A DNA stretch of 64,000 nucleotides from an uncultured Acidobacteriota bacterium (GCA_963827655.1 CAWHCF010000046.1:113321-177320), one strand, 5' to 3'; counted from the stretch's first letter, positions 41,546-52,094 are shown. Notes: generated by a model from the sequence alone, not told the origin. Numbers and translations are program-made.

Positions 41546-44227
41546 TCATTCGTAGCGCAACGCGACCATTGGATCCACCGTGGTCGCTCGCCGTGCCGGA
41601 ATGAAGCAGGCGAGTAGCGCGACACCGGCGAAGAGCAGCGCAATCACCGCAAACGTCGCCGGATCGGTCGGGCTCACGCCGAACAGCAGGCTTTTCATCA
41701 GCCCGGTAAGGCCGTAGGCCACGGCCAAGCCGATGGTCACACCAATGATCGCCAGCCTCATTCCCTGCTTCACCACCAACTGCAGTACGTTGCTTTGCCG
41801 CGCCCCCAGGGCCATGCGGATGCCAAACTCGCCGGTGCGGCTGCTGACGCTCAGCGACATCACGCCATAGATGCCCAGCACAGCCAGCAGCGAGGCCGTC
41901 GCGGCCAGGCCGGCGAGCAGCATATTGGTCAGACGCCGCGTGTTGAGCGAACGGTCGACCGCCTCTTTCATCGTGTCTACGGCAAAGAGGGGAACTTCCG
42001 GGTCAAGCGCCGACACCTGACTGCGCACGGCGCTGGTCAATGCCTGGGGATCATCCGAGGTCCGAACCACGAGGTATGCCATCCACGGAACGTTCTGGGC
42101 ATGAGGCCGGTACAGGTAAAAACTGGAATCCTCCTCCAGGCGGGTGTGTTTGACGCTGGCAACCACGCCCACGATCGTCAGCCAGGGATTGTCAGACGAG
42201 CTCGACAGATTGCCGCGACGGATGCGTCTGCCGATAGCGTCGCCGCCGGGCCAGTACTTGCGGGCCAACTTTTCGTCCACGATCGCTACCAGCGGCGCAG
42301 ACTCATTATCGGTATCCTGAAACGGCCGGCCGCTGAGGAGAGGGATGCCCATGGTTTCGAAGTAGCCGGGCGTCGCGCTGCGGATGCTCGCGACCAGGAT
42401 CGGTTCGCCGGGACCCGGCTCCTGGCCCTGAACGATGAACTCGTCCTGCCAGTTGCCTGGATTAAAGGGAACATTCTGGGACAATCCCGCGCTGCGCACG
42501 CCCGGCAGGCTGCCCACGCGTTCGAGCAGTTGCTGGTAGAAATTCCGAACCTGAGACTGATCCGTATACTTGCGCGACGGGAGCGACAGACGGGCGGTCA
42601 GAATGTTTTCGGGACGGAACCCCGGATTCACTGAGAGCAGGCGCTGAAAGCTTTGCAGCAGCAGCGCTGCTCCGATCAACAGCACCAGCGACAAGGCGAA
42701 CTGCGTGATCACGAATGCGTGGTTCCATCGCCGGGTTAACAGTGAGTGTGTGCTGCGCACTCCTTCCTTGAGGTATCCCTGGAGATTGACGCGCGCGCCT
42801 CGCAAGGCCGGGGCCAGGCCGAGCAAGAAGCCCGTCAGCAGCGCGACGGCAAGAGTGAAGATCAGCACCGTCGGATCAAGCCGGACCTGCTCGATACGCG
42901 GGACATCCGCCAGCGCCAGGCGTTTGAGTCCCTTCAGGCCCCAGAATGCCAGCAGCAGTCCGGCGCCGGCGCCCGCCAGGGCCAGCAGGAGACTCTCAAC
43001 CAGGAACTGTCTGACAATCCTGAGCGCGCTTGCCCCCAGACAGCAGCGGACGGCGATCTCGCGGCTGCGCGAGTTGGCGCGAGCCAGCAGCAGATTGGCA
43101 ATGTTGGCGCACGCGATCAGCAACACCAATCCCACGGCACATAGCAGCACCACGAGCGGCGCGCGCACCTCTCCGACCATGGTCCGCAGCAGCGTCTCGG
43201 CCACCGCGATCGATCCCCCTTTTGCGTTGGGGTCACGTTCACGCCAGAAGTCGTCGGACAGGGCCGCGATCTCGCGCTGCGCGTCTGCCGGAGTGAGCCC
43301 CGGCTTCAACCTGCCTAACCCGGGATAGCAATAGCAGTTCATCACCTGTGGATTCAGTCCCAGCGGAATCCACAGTTCCGTGCGGTTCGGAAAGTCGAAT
43401 CCCGGAGGCATGATTCCCACGACCACGGTGGGGATGTTGTTCAGGTTGAGTGACCTTCCAACAATTCCGGGATCGCCGCCGAACCGCCGCTGCCACACCG
43501 CGTAGCTCAGGACCGTGACCAGGTTGTTGCCCGGCGTGTCTTCATGCGGCAGAAACGTGCGGCCGTAAAGCGGCTGCTGCCCGAGGATGCTGAAAAAATC
43601 AAACGTGACGTTGGTGCCGTTCAATCGCTCCGCCTCGCCGGCGCCGGTCAGATTGAAACCCGCGCTGCCGTAAGCAGCCATCTTTTCGAAGGTTCGATTG
43701 CGGTCGCGGAAATAGACGAAAAGCCCCTGAGTCAGCTCGACAACCGGCAGCCCCTTCTCGGGCGCCGACAGCCAGAATTTCACCAGCCGATCGGACTCGG
43801 CATAGGGGAGCGGGTTCAGCAACACGGCATTTACCACGCTGAAGATTGCCGTGTTGGCGCCGATGGCGAGCCCAAGGGTGAGCACCGCAATCGCCGTAAA
43901 GCTTGGACTCTTGCGCAGCATGCGCAGGCCATAGCTGAAGTCCTGCCATAGATCTCCCATGATATTCCTCCGGCTTGCACCCAGTACAACCTGCTCATAT
44001 CCGGCGTGAAGCTCGACTCGCTGGAGTTCCTGCGCCAGCAATTTCCCGCCGCTTAACTCCAGAAGCGCCGAGCGAACGGCTTCTGCTTCGGTCGCGCCGC
44101 CGGCACGCAACTCTTCGTAGCGTTCTTCAAGATGTTGGGCCAGCTCCTCGACGATCTCCAGCTCACGGATCGGGTCGAGCTTCAAGCTCTCCAGCCGCCG
44201 TCGGATCTCTTCCTTCCACGCAGGCAT
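41546..44227 (-). CDS. ADOP-family ABC permease 1
   Basis: MPAWKEEIRRRL prefix, [13 protein letters not shown] and VDPMVALRYE. Confidence 0.92.
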   Translation of the reverse strand: MPAWKEEIRRRLESLKLDPIRELEIVEELAQHLEERYEELRAGGATEAEAVRSALLELSGGKLLAQELQRVELHAGYEQVVLGASRRNIMGDLWQDFSYGLRMLRKSPSFTAIAVLTLGLAIGANTAIFSVVNAVLLNPLPYAESDRLVKFWLSAPEKGLPVVELTQGLFVYFRDRNRTFEKMAAYGSAGFNLTGAGEAERLNGTNVTFDFFSILGQQPLYGRTFLPHEDTPGNNLVTVLSYAVWQRRFGGDPGIVGRSLNLNNIPTVVVGIMPPGFDFPNRTELWIPLGLNPQVMNCYCYPGLGRLKPGLTPADAQREIAALSDDFWRERDPNAKGGSIAVAETLLRTMVGEVRAPLVVLLCAVGLVLLIACANIANLLLARANSRSREIAVRCCLGASALRIVRQFLVESLLLALAGAGAGLLLAFWGLKGLKRLALADVPRIEQVRLDPTVLIFTLAVALLTGFLLGLAPALRGARVNLQGYLKEGVRSTHSLLTRRWNHAFVITQFALSLVLLIGAALLLQSFQRLLSVNPGFRPENILTARLSLPSRKYTDQSQVRNFYQQLLERVGSLPGVRSAGLSQNVPFNPGNWQDEFIVQGQEPGPGEPILVASIRSATPGYFETMGIPLLSGRPFQDTDNESAPLVAIVDEKLARKYWPGGDAIGRRIRRGNLSSSSDNPWLTIVGVVASVKHTRLEEDSSFYLYRPHAQNVPWMAYLVVRTSDDPQALTSAVRSQVSALDPEVPLFAVDTMKEAVDRSLNTRRLTNMLLAGLAATASLLAVLGIYGVMSLSVSSRTGEFGIRMALGARQSNVLQLVVKQGMRLAIIGVTIGLAVAYGLTGLMKSLLFGVSPTDPATFAVIALLFAGVALLACFIPARRATTVDPMVALRYE

Positions 44228-44256
44228 CACTGAGTCCTCGTAGAAATTGGTGCCTG

Positions 44257-44589
44257 TCACCAATTCTCGTTGAACGCCACCCGTTTTAACGCCGCGAAGA
44301 ACTCTTGCCAGGTCCGTCTTTGAGCCGCGAGGACGCTTTTCCCGGCGGCGGTCAGCCTGTAATACCGCCGCCGGCGCTGTCCCGCCTTCTCGATCCACTG
44401 CCCCTTGATCCAACCGCGCTTCTCCATCCGGTAGAGCAGCGGATAGAGCGAGGCCACGTGAAATTGCAGAACGCCATCGGATCGGTCCCTGATGAGTCGT
44501 GCGATTTCGTAACCGTGGCGCGGCCGCTGCTCTACCAGGGACATGATCAACAGCTCGGTGCTGCCTCGCTTGAGTTCCCGGTCAATCAT
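44257..44589 (-). CDS. PadR family transcriptional regulator (acidobacterial type)
   Basis: ELKRGSTELLI..HGYEIA..SLYPLLYRME..RRRYYRLT. Confidence 0.93.
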   Translation of the reverse strand: MIDRELKRGSTELLIMSLVEQRPRHGYEIARLIRDRSDGVLQFHVASLYPLLYRMEKRGWIKGQWIEKAGQRRRRYYRLTAAGKSVLAAQRRTWQEFFAALKRVAFNENW

Positions 44590-44739
44590 TGATGGTGTCT
44601 CCATATGTGGCGATGACATACATTAGGCGAAAAGAGGCGGCGCCGCAAGCCCTATATTCGCTTTCCTGAACTCACGGGCGGGACCGGCCGGGCGTTGCGC
44701 AACGCCCGCTATACTTTTCCGGCGCCCCTGGGTTAGAGT

Positions 44740-45723
44740 ATGGCGATGAATCCCGACTCATGGGCAAGACGATCGTTCCGGCCGGCCGGGAGCGGCGCGG
44801 CGCCTGGGCTCTCGCGTCGAGCGTTCCTCGCCGGTCTGGCCGCGATCCCGCTTGCCGCCCCTCGTCCGCTCGTGGTCGACACACATATGCACGTCTGGAC
44901 CAACGATACCGGGCGCTTTCCCTTCGCCCACCCCTACGAACCCAACCTCAAGCTGCCGGCCGTCGCGGGGACGGTCGAGATGCTCGTCGAAGAGATGGAC
45001 CGGCATGCGATCGATTACGCCGTCCTGGTCCAGGTCATTTATTATGGCTGGGACAACCGCTATGTCGTCGAGTGCGTGAAACAGCAGCCGCGCCGCTTCC
45101 GCGGGCATGGGCTGATCGATCCGACCGACCCGGAGGTTCCCCGGAAGCTCGAATACTGGATGCGCGAACACGGACTCTCGGGAATGCGCTTCAGCCCGAT
45201 CTATTACCGGGGCCGGGACGCCTGGATTAACTCGGAACCGCACCACCAGCTCTGGAAGAAGGCCGAGGAGCTGGGGGCCGTCTTCAACTACTTTATCGCG
45301 GCCGATCAGCTCCCGAAGCTCGAAGAGATGCTGGCGCGGCACCCCGCGGTGAAGATCGTGATCGATCACCTGGCCCGGGTGGACCTCACGAAGCCGGATC
45401 CGGCCGAGGAAGTGGCCAAGCTTACGCGCCTGGCTCGGTACCCGAACGTCTGGGTCAAGGTGTCGGAACTCAACATCCTTTCGCCTTCAAAGAAGTACCC
45501 GTATGCGGATATGTTTCCCTGGGTGCGGCGTGTCTACGATGCCTTCGGGCCGGACCGGCTGCTCTGGGGTACCGGGTACCCGGGCGCAACCCGGGCGCAG
45601 GCCGGGCGTCCCTCGCTTGAGCAGGAGCTTGCGCTCGTCCGCCAGGAAATTCCGTTCTTTTCCGCCGAGGATCGGGAGAAAATCCTCGGCCGAAACGCCG
45701 CTGCGCTCTGGAAATTCGCCTGA
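44740..45723 (+). CDS. Amidohydrolase_2 family protein with Tat signal
   Basis: SRRAFL, VDTHMH, VIDHLA and LLWGTGYP motifs. Confidence 0.87.
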   Translation: MAMNPDSWARRSFRPAGSGAAPGLSRRAFLAGLAAIPLAAPRPLVVDTHMHVWTNDTGRFPFAHPYEPNLKLPAVAGTVEMLVEEMDRHAIDYAVLVQVIYYGWDNRYVVECVKQQPRRFRGHGLIDPTDPEVPRKLEYWMREHGLSGMRFSPIYYRGRDAWINSEPHHQLWKKAEELGAVFNYFIAADQLPKLEEMLARHPAVKIVIDHLARVDLTKPDPAEEVAKLTRLARYPNVWVKVSELNILSPSKKYPYADMFPWVRRVYDAFGPDRLLWGTGYPGATRAQAGRPSLEQELALVRQEIPFFSAEDREKILGRNAAALWKFA

Positions 45724-45780
45724 TCTTGGCGTTTCTTCGTGTCTTTGAGTCTTAGTGGTATTTGTTCCGCAGCGCTAACC
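45724..45780. repeat. REP-like family A copy (intact counterpart of the split copy at 29961/30470)
   Basis: gtttcttcgtgtctttgagtcttagtggtatttgttccgcagcgctaacc. Confidence 0.75.
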
Positions 45781-45822
45781 TGAGAGCCTCGCCCCTGCGC
45801 AAACCCAAATCAGGAGAGGACC

Positions 45823-47964
45823 ATGAGGGGGAAAATCGCAATAACCACCACCCTATCCGTCATTGTTGCACTTACGATCCTGTGTTCGAGCACCCTGCAG
45901 ATCCCGGCGGCTGCACTCGTCGCGGATAGCGATCGAAGAGACCTTGCCGCGCAAGTCACGATTCGTCGGGATACCTTCGGCGTTCCTCACCTCCTGGCGC
46001 CTACCGAGGAAGCGGCGGCTTTCGGGCAGGGCTACGTTGCCGCGGAGGATCACATCCTTGAGCTGGCACGGTTGTTTGTCAAAGCACGGAGCGAAGAAGC
46101 AGCCTATTTCGGCGAGAAGTTTGCGGAAACCGATTTCGCCGTGAAGGAGCTCCGCATGCGCGAGGGAGCCGAGGAGGGATATGCCAGAATGCCCCCGTGG
46201 GTGCAAGTGATCCTGGATGGTTACGCAGCCGGCTACAACCGTTATCTGGAGCAACATCGTTCCGATTTACCGGAATGGGTGAAGCCGGTCTCGGGAATCG
46301 ATGTCCTCGCTCATGCTCGGCGCGTCATCCTCATGGAATTCTCGATGGATCTACGGCAGTTGCGGAACATTGGTCAGAGAGCTGCCGGTCCATCATTCCC
46401 CGGCGACCTGCGCGGTTCGAACATGTGGGCCATCGGTAAGGGCAGGTCTGCCTCGCAGAAGGGCATTCTACTCGGTAACCCGCACCTTTCCTGGAGCGGC
46501 TCTCATATTTTCCACGAAGTTCACATCACGGTCCCGGGCAAGGTCAACATCAGCGGGAGCTCTCTCATCGGCACCCCTGGGGTTGCCATTGGCTTCAATG
46601 AGAATCTCGGCTGGTCCCATACGGTGAACCCGCACGATTCGGACGACGTGTACGAGCTGACGCTCGATAATGATCGTCCGGACCATTACTTCTACGACGG
46701 TCGATCGCTCCCCATGCAGAAGCGGGAGCTCTCGATTCAGGTGAAAGCGGAAGCCGGGCTCGTAACGCGGAAGAAGGACGTGTACTGGTCTCATTTCGGC
46801 CCGGTGCTGAAAAGAGACGGCGGCAAGGCCTATGCTTTCAAGTCGGCCAATATTGAGGAGTACCGCTTCGTCGAGCAGTGGAACCTGATGACCAAGGCTC
46901 GAAATCTTGCCGAGTTCCGTCAGGTGCTCGATATGCAGGCCATCCCGATGTTCAATATCTGCTACACCGACAAAGAAGGAAATGTATTCTACATTTTCAA
47001 CGGTCGTTTTCCGGAAAGGCCGTCTGGCTACAACTGGTCTGGCGTGGTTCCGGGAAATACTTCGGCCACGGAATGGAACCGCATTCTGCCGGCAATCCGT
47101 CTACCCTTTCTGATCAACCCTGCGGGCGGTTATGTCCAGAACTGCAACTCGGCGCCCTGGTATACGAATTTGCGCGCCCTCATCGACCGGCGCAACTATC
47201 CTGATGACCTCTCACCCAACATCAACGACATGCGGACGCAACTGAGCCTCGAGATGCTTGAGAAAGACGAAAGCATTTCGCTCGAGGAGGTCCTGCGCTA
47301 CAAATTCAACATGAAGTTGTTGCTTGCCGATCGCGTCAAAGAGGAAGTGGTGAAGTTGGCCCGAGGCCGCACCATAGAGGAGATGAATCTTGATGAAGCA
47401 GCAAACGTCCTGCAGCGCTGGGATAATACGGTCTCTCGGGAGAGTAAGGGCGCGATGCTTTTCGTGACTTTCTGGACGAAGTATCGTGAAAAGGCCCGTC
47501 CGGTTTACCGGGTGGCATGGGATGAGCGCCAGCCTGCGACTACGCCCCAGGGCATCGGCGATGGCGACACGGCGCTGGCGGCCCTGGCTGGCGCCATAAG
47601 GGAGATGAAGCAGAAATATGGTTCTTTGGAATTGCCGTGGGGAGAGCTTCACCGGCTGCGCCGCGGCAGTCTGGACGTGCCGATCGGCGGGCTCACGGGA
47701 GATTTCGGAGCCTTTCGCATCATCGGATACGAGGAGGGCAAGGATGGAAAATTCGTCGCCCGAGGGGGCGACAGTTACGTGCTGGCGGTTGAGTTTACTT
47801 CACCGCCGACGGCATACAGCATTGTGGCCTACTCTCAGAGTGACGACCCGAAGTCTCCTCATTTCGCCGACCAGTCTCGCCTTTTCGCGGAGGAAAAGTG
47901 GAAGCGCGCGTGGTTCAGCGAGGAGGACGTTGCGAAAAACTTGAAGCGTTCATACCACCCGTGA
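45823..47964 (+). CDS. Penicillin acylase family Ntn-hydrolase (AHL/cephalosporin acylase-like)
   Basis: IRRDTFGVPH, G-SNMWAIG (nucleophilic Ser), LLGNPH, QNCN and SPHFADQ. Confidence 0.92.
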   Translation: MRGKIAITTTLSVIVALTILCSSTLQIPAAALVADSDRRDLAAQVTIRRDTFGVPHLLAPTEEAAAFGQGYVAAEDHILELARLFVKARSEEAAYFGEKFAETDFAVKELRMREGAEEGYARMPPWVQVILDGYAAGYNRYLEQHRSDLPEWVKPVSGIDVLAHARRVILMEFSMDLRQLRNIGQRAAGPSFPGDLRGSNMWAIGKGRSASQKGILLGNPHLSWSGSHIFHEVHITVPGKVNISGSSLIGTPGVAIGFNENLGWSHTVNPHDSDDVYELTLDNDRPDHYFYDGRSLPMQKRELSIQVKAEAGLVTRKKDVYWSHFGPVLKRDGGKAYAFKSANIEEYRFVEQWNLMTKARNLAEFRQVLDMQAIPMFNICYTDKEGNVFYIFNGRFPERPSGYNWSGVVPGNTSATEWNRILPAIRLPFLINPAGGYVQNCNSAPWYTNLRALIDRRNYPDDLSPNINDMRTQLSLEMLEKDESISLEEVLRYKFNMKLLLADRVKEEVVKLARGRTIEEMNLDEAANVLQRWDNTVSRESKGAMLFVTFWTKYREKARPVYRVAWDERQPATTPQGIGDGDTALAALAGAIREMKQKYGSLELPWGELHRLRRGSLDVPIGGLTGDFGAFRIIGYEEGKDGKFVARGGDSYVLAVEFTSPPTAYSIVAYSQSDDPKSPHFADQSRLFAEEKWKRAWFSEEDVAKNLKRSYHP

Positions 47965-48085
47965 ATCGGTAACGGGTGAAGTGTGGAGTGTCTGGGCGGA
48001 GGCAGTTTTGACCTTGAAATGGAGCAGGTCAGAAAGCAAAATAACTTGCTTGTTTTGAGTGGTTGGCTTGACCCTGCAACGAAGT

Positions 48086-48162
48086 GGCGACGTAGCTCAG
48101 TCGGTTAGAGCGTGGGATTCATAACCCCAAGGTCGGTGGTTCGAGCCCACCCGTCGCTACCA
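48086..48162 (+). tRNA. tRNA-Met (CAT), elongator type; integration site
   Basis: GGCGACG/CGTCGCT acceptor stem, D-arm AGCTCAGTCGGTTAGAGC, anticodon loop TTCATAA, GGTTCGAGCC T-loop and encoded CCA. Confidence 0.95.
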
Positions 48163-48299
48163 AATCCTATTCGCCAATAAATACCAGATTCTTAAAACGT
48201 AAAGCCTCCTCCGTGAAATGGTTGCGAGCGCTGTCGAATTCAGCCTGAAAACGAGCCCGGAAATGCCAAAGTGTGACGGTTCTGTAACGGTTTTCGCGT

Positions 48300-49530
48300 C
48301 AAAACGATCATTTCGAGTCCTCCCTCGTCGGTCTGATGATCGCATCGGACGAGATTTCTCGCGCTCCTTCGGAAGTTGCGCGACGTATGTCCTGGGTCTT
48401 CCGAACGGCGTCTTCGAGGTCGCGGTCATCGGTGATGTTGTAACGGTTCGAAAACCGACTCGGTCTTGTGGCCCGAGATCATCATTGCGACCTTCCGGTC
48501 GACCCCGGCCCGGATCATGTTCCGGACTGCGGTCCGGCGGAAGTCATGGAAGAGAGCGTCCGGTTTCTCAGCGGCCTCGCAAGCCTCCTTCCAGGCCTTC
48601 CGAAACTGGTTCACCGGAGCGCCGGCTTTCGGTACACCGCGGCCCTTTTGTCGAAAGAAGACCAGTGGTGAGAGGATTGTCTCGCCGTTCTCGCCCCTGT
48701 AACGCCGGGCTTTCCAGCGCTGCTGGATGATCTCCCACAGCTCGCCCATCAAGGGAACTGTGCGGGCCTCGCCGTTCTTCGAGAACTGGGCCCGCAGCCG
48801 GAGTTGCTTGTTCTCCATATTCAGCTCGTTCCAGCGCAGCGACGAGATTTCGCCTTTGCGCCAGCCAGTGAAGTAGCCCCAGCGAGCGAAGTCTTGAAGG
48901 TCTTCCGGGAGATGTATCACTATGGGCTCGAACTCGGCCCGTTCGTAGAATCCTTCTCGCACACGTTCATCGAGCTTTGGAATGGATGGGCCTGGGCCGA
49001 TCTCATTCGCCTTCAGATTATAGGCTTGGGCAAGGTATCTGCAGCTCGCGGTTTACGGTTGCGTTCGAGACTGGGCGTTGCCGGTTGGTGTGCGCCAGGG
49101 CGGCCGCAATCGGGCTTTTTGGGTCCTTACCTCTCTCAGCTAGAACGTTCAGGGCTCCCTTCAGCCGGACCCGAATATAGTCTCGGATCAAGTCATCGTT
49201 GATCTGCATAGCAGATATCCGACCGAGCGCCGCGCGCACGGGCTCCACCTTCGATAAGACTTGGGGCGAGAGCTTCCTGCGGATCTCTAAATCCGTCACG
49301 AGCGCGTCAAGAATTTCACTGACAGTGGCTCGCTCCGCGTGCGGGCCCACGAACTTCTTAGCACCAATCTGGTCCGCGCCGACCTCCTTGAGCCTGCGAC
49401 GTAGCACCTTGAGCGCCCGCCCGTAATCCCGTTCCTTGGTGGTTTCTCTGAATCGCCTGCCGCGGAGGTAGTACTGCATATGCCAAAACGGACTTCGCGG
49501 CTTTCGGTAAAGGGTTCCATCCCCGTACAT
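48300..49530 (-). CDS. Tyrosine recombinase/integrase (frameshifted; 3' end approximate)
   Basis: MYGDGTLYRK arm domain, NATVNREL, TGWRKGEI, FHDFRR and GHKTESVF(ERY)N. Confidence 0.9.
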
Positions 49531-49580
49531 ACGACCTCCATGCAATACGGGGCGATTGTACAAACCCTCGATGCAGTCGT

Positions 49581-49896
49581 TCAAGCAAACCTCCTTCCGG
49601 CACGAATCGCTTCGTCGATACCACGCTCACTGAACCGCAGGTTGCGCCCCATCCGAACGGTAAATGGCAGGCGCTTCGCCTGTCGGTACAGCCAATCTTC
49701 GGAGCACTTCAGCCTCGCAGCGGCTTCCTCGACGGTAAGGAGACTGTCGGCGTCGGCTTGCGGATGCTCCGTTGCTTTCAGCGACAAGGCGCGTGGCCAG
49801 ACTTAGCTGGATGGCTGCCATCTGGGCCATCATCGGCGCGATCTTTTCCGGCTCGATATCTGCCGGATTCGGAAGAATAATTCTGTCTTTATCCAT
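49581..49896 (-). CDS. Excisionase-like HTH_17 protein (frameshift joins ORFs 49627..49896 and 49581..49787)
   Basis: LLTVEEAAARLKCSEDWLYR..GRNLRF. Confidence 0.75.
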
Positions 49897-49915
49897 TTTC
49901 AGATCTCGAGTGAAA

Positions 49916-50155
49916 TTAAGACTTTTGGCCTTGCTTGCTTCGTTCTATCACAGCATCCAGATCGGCCTTGTCGAGCAAAAAGCGATCGAGTCTGCCGTGA
50001 GGTTGGCTTAGACTCGGCAGCCGTACGCGTGACAGCTGGCCGCTCTCGACCAGCTGTCGGATCGCGGATCCGCTGATGCCAAGATAAGCCGCGGCAGCAG
50101 TGAGATCGAGAAGCCGAGCTTCTGCTTTTTCTACATCGACAAGGACTGGTTTCAT
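49916..50155 (-). CDS. Excisionase-like HTH_17 protein
   Basis: RLLDLTAAAAYLGISGSAIRQLVESGQL; GGGAGG RBS. Confidence 0.75.
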   Translation of the reverse strand: MKPVLVDVEKAEARLLDLTAAAAYLGISGSAIRQLVESGQLSRVRLPSLSQPHGRLDRFLLDKADLDAVIERSKQGQKS

Positions 50156-50383
50156 AGGGTCCTCCCTTCATAAGAATGATTAAAATGATGTCTCGATAGC
50201 ACTGGCGCCAGCATGGTAACGCCATACCCTCGCCATTCCTGTGTAAAGGCGGTTTAAACCGTCGACCGAATCACGCTGATCGGCAGATATACGCGCCTAC
50301 ATCCTTAAGAGTAAAAAAAGTGGCAAAAACTTACCTCGAAAAATTTCGAAGATGTCGTTTTTTTTTAAGGTGGAAGGTGGAAA

Positions 50384-50431
50384 TGTCAACGCCGGTGCAA
50401 ATTCCCCATTTCGCCGGTTGAAAATCCCCAC
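50384..50431. mobile_element. Orphan IS21-family terminal repeat
   Basis: TGTCAACGCCGGTGCAAATTCCCCA-TTTCGCCGGTTGAAAATCCCCA: TG start with two internal repeats. Confidence 0.7.
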
Positions 50432-50686
50432 CCCACCATCCACGAATCTTTCGTTTTGAAAACAAGATCTTGCCCCCGCGTGCAGTTGGGCCGCGCGTGC
50501 AATCGCTCGACAATTTTCGAACTATCTTGTCTTGAGGCGAGGTCTCAATCCACGTCCCCACGTGTTCCAAAAAATCGTCTATGACGCGTTGCGCCTCGTG
50601 CCCAGTCGAGGACTTGGGATGATCCCAGAGACCTGATACGAGTTTTTCAGCTTCGTGCCCTCTCCATCCGTAGAACTTCGATCGGA

Positions 50687-51334
50687 TTAATCAGCCACCA
50701 CGCTCTCGCCTTCCTCTCGCGCCTCTCCGAGGGTTTCCCATCCTTGCCAAAGGATCACCGGCAGCATCAGGAGGGCGCCGACCGCATCGGCCCACCACCA
50801 GCCGAAGGCTTGGTACAACCCCACACCAATCAGTAGCGCCAATGACAGGGAGGAGCAAACCCAAGTCTCAACCGCATCCGCTTGTAACGCTCTGCTACCA
50901 AGCTCCCGACCCGTCTTTTGCTTGGTATAGGCAAGGACGGGCATGATGATGAGTGAAAGGATCGACAGCACCAGTCCCACTGTAAGAGCCATCCGGCGCT
51001 TCGCGTTCAACAAGCGCGAGGATGCTTTCATAGGCGACATAAGCGGCAAGCAAAAAAAATGTCGCTGACACAATGTAGAGCGCGCGCCGCTCCGAATCGC
51101 CGTGCTCCTCAGCACTGGCGTCCGGCCTGTCCGCAAAAACCGCCATAGCAAGCCTACGGCGGAGATCACCTCGATCAAGCTGTCAACGCCGAAGGCAACG
51201 AGGGCGGTGCTACCGGCGATGATGCCAGCGCCGATAGCGATGGCGGCCTCGATCACGTTCCACGACACCGTGAACCATTCGAGCCGGACGCCTTTGCGGT
51301 GCAGTCGCGCACGGTCGTATGCTGCTTCAGCCAA
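50687..51334 (-). CDS. Cation transporter (CDF transmembrane-only type), internal compensating frameshifts
   Basis: WNVIEA, GSTALVAFGVDSLIE, SRALQADA.ET..C and WWWADA motifs. Confidence 0.85.
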   Translation of the reverse strand: MAEAAYDRARLHRKGVRLEWFTVSWNVIEAAIAIGAGIIAGSTALVAFGVDSLIEVISAVGLLWRFLRTGRTPVLRSTAIRSGARSTLCQRHFFCLPLMSPMKASSRLLNAKRRMALTVGLVLSILSLIIMPVLAYTKQKTGRELGSRALQADAVETWVCSSLSLALLIGVGLYQAFGWWWADAVGALLMLPVILWQGWETLGEAREEGESVVAD

Positions 51335-51439
51335 TTCCGTTCATCTCCTATCGAGCTCAAACTTTCGTTGAGGGTCCGCCGGACCGTCCGCCACGGACAG
51401 TGTCTTTTCTACACCAGAAGAGGAGGTTCCAGTGACTTG

Positions 51440-51560
51440 CTTGACGATGAGAACGCTACAATGGGCGTGGTCGCTGATGCGGTCGGCGGTGTCACTCTGC
51501 AGACGAGCCCACAAATTCGGAGTGATCGCTATGCCCCACAACGATGACATCGAAGCCCCT
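51440..51560 (-). pseudogene. Universal stress protein C-terminal fragment
   Basis: GFDVIVVGHSDHS-(frameshift)-LWARLQSDTADRISDHAHCSVLIVK. Confidence 0.6.
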
Positions 51561-51617
51561 CGTCCGCGAACTTGACGATGGTCTAGGCTTCCATTGAGTC
51601 CGATACGCTTACCCAAC

Positions 51618-52094
51618 TCAGTTGGGCTTGCCTTTTGGCTTGGTTTTCCTGAGCACTTCTCCTGCCGCAGTACGGATCTGCCGGTTGATGAAGGATGTGG
51701 GCATGTCTGTTTGAGCCTTGATTTGCTTCCCAAGTTCCGTGTCAGGTTCGGGTGCCGGCCCCGCTTTGAGCCGGTCGCGTTCCAATTGGACCGCGGCTTT
51801 GATCCGGGCTTTGTCTTCCGGAGCGGCGTCGTAAGGTGAAACGTCCAGTTCCCCCAAGACCGGATGAACACGCTCCCTAACGTGATCTCCAAAGCTCTCG
51901 CCGAATCCTTCAAGCTCGACAGTTCCCTCGTCCGTGAGTCGAAAGTGAACCATGAAATCCTTGATTGCATACAAAGGCATTCCTTCGGCATTCGCCACCT
52001 CATCCAGCATCTCGACTGCATGCTCTTTATTGTTTGCCTGAACAACCGAGAAGTCTCCGTGCTGCCAACGACAGAGATATAGAGCCATTTCCAT
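51618..52094 (-). CDS. Hypothetical protein
   Basis: Clean ORF of ~158 aa with GGAGG RBS (MALYLCRWQHGDFSVV...). Confidence 0.65.
   Translation of the reverse strand: MEMALYLCRWQHGDFSVVQANNKEHAVEMLDEVANAEGMPLYAIKDFMVHFRLTDEGTVELEGFGESFGDHVRERVHPVLGELDVSPYDAAPEDKARIKAAVQLERDRLKAGPAPEPDTELGKQIKAQTDMPTSFINRQIRTAAGEVLRKTKPKGKPN

Noticed and set aside
48086-48162. Initiator tRNA-fMet
   Set aside because: Position 1-72 is G-U rather than the C-A mismatch, and the overall sequence fits an elongator Met. Ile2 is not fully excluded without a classifier.
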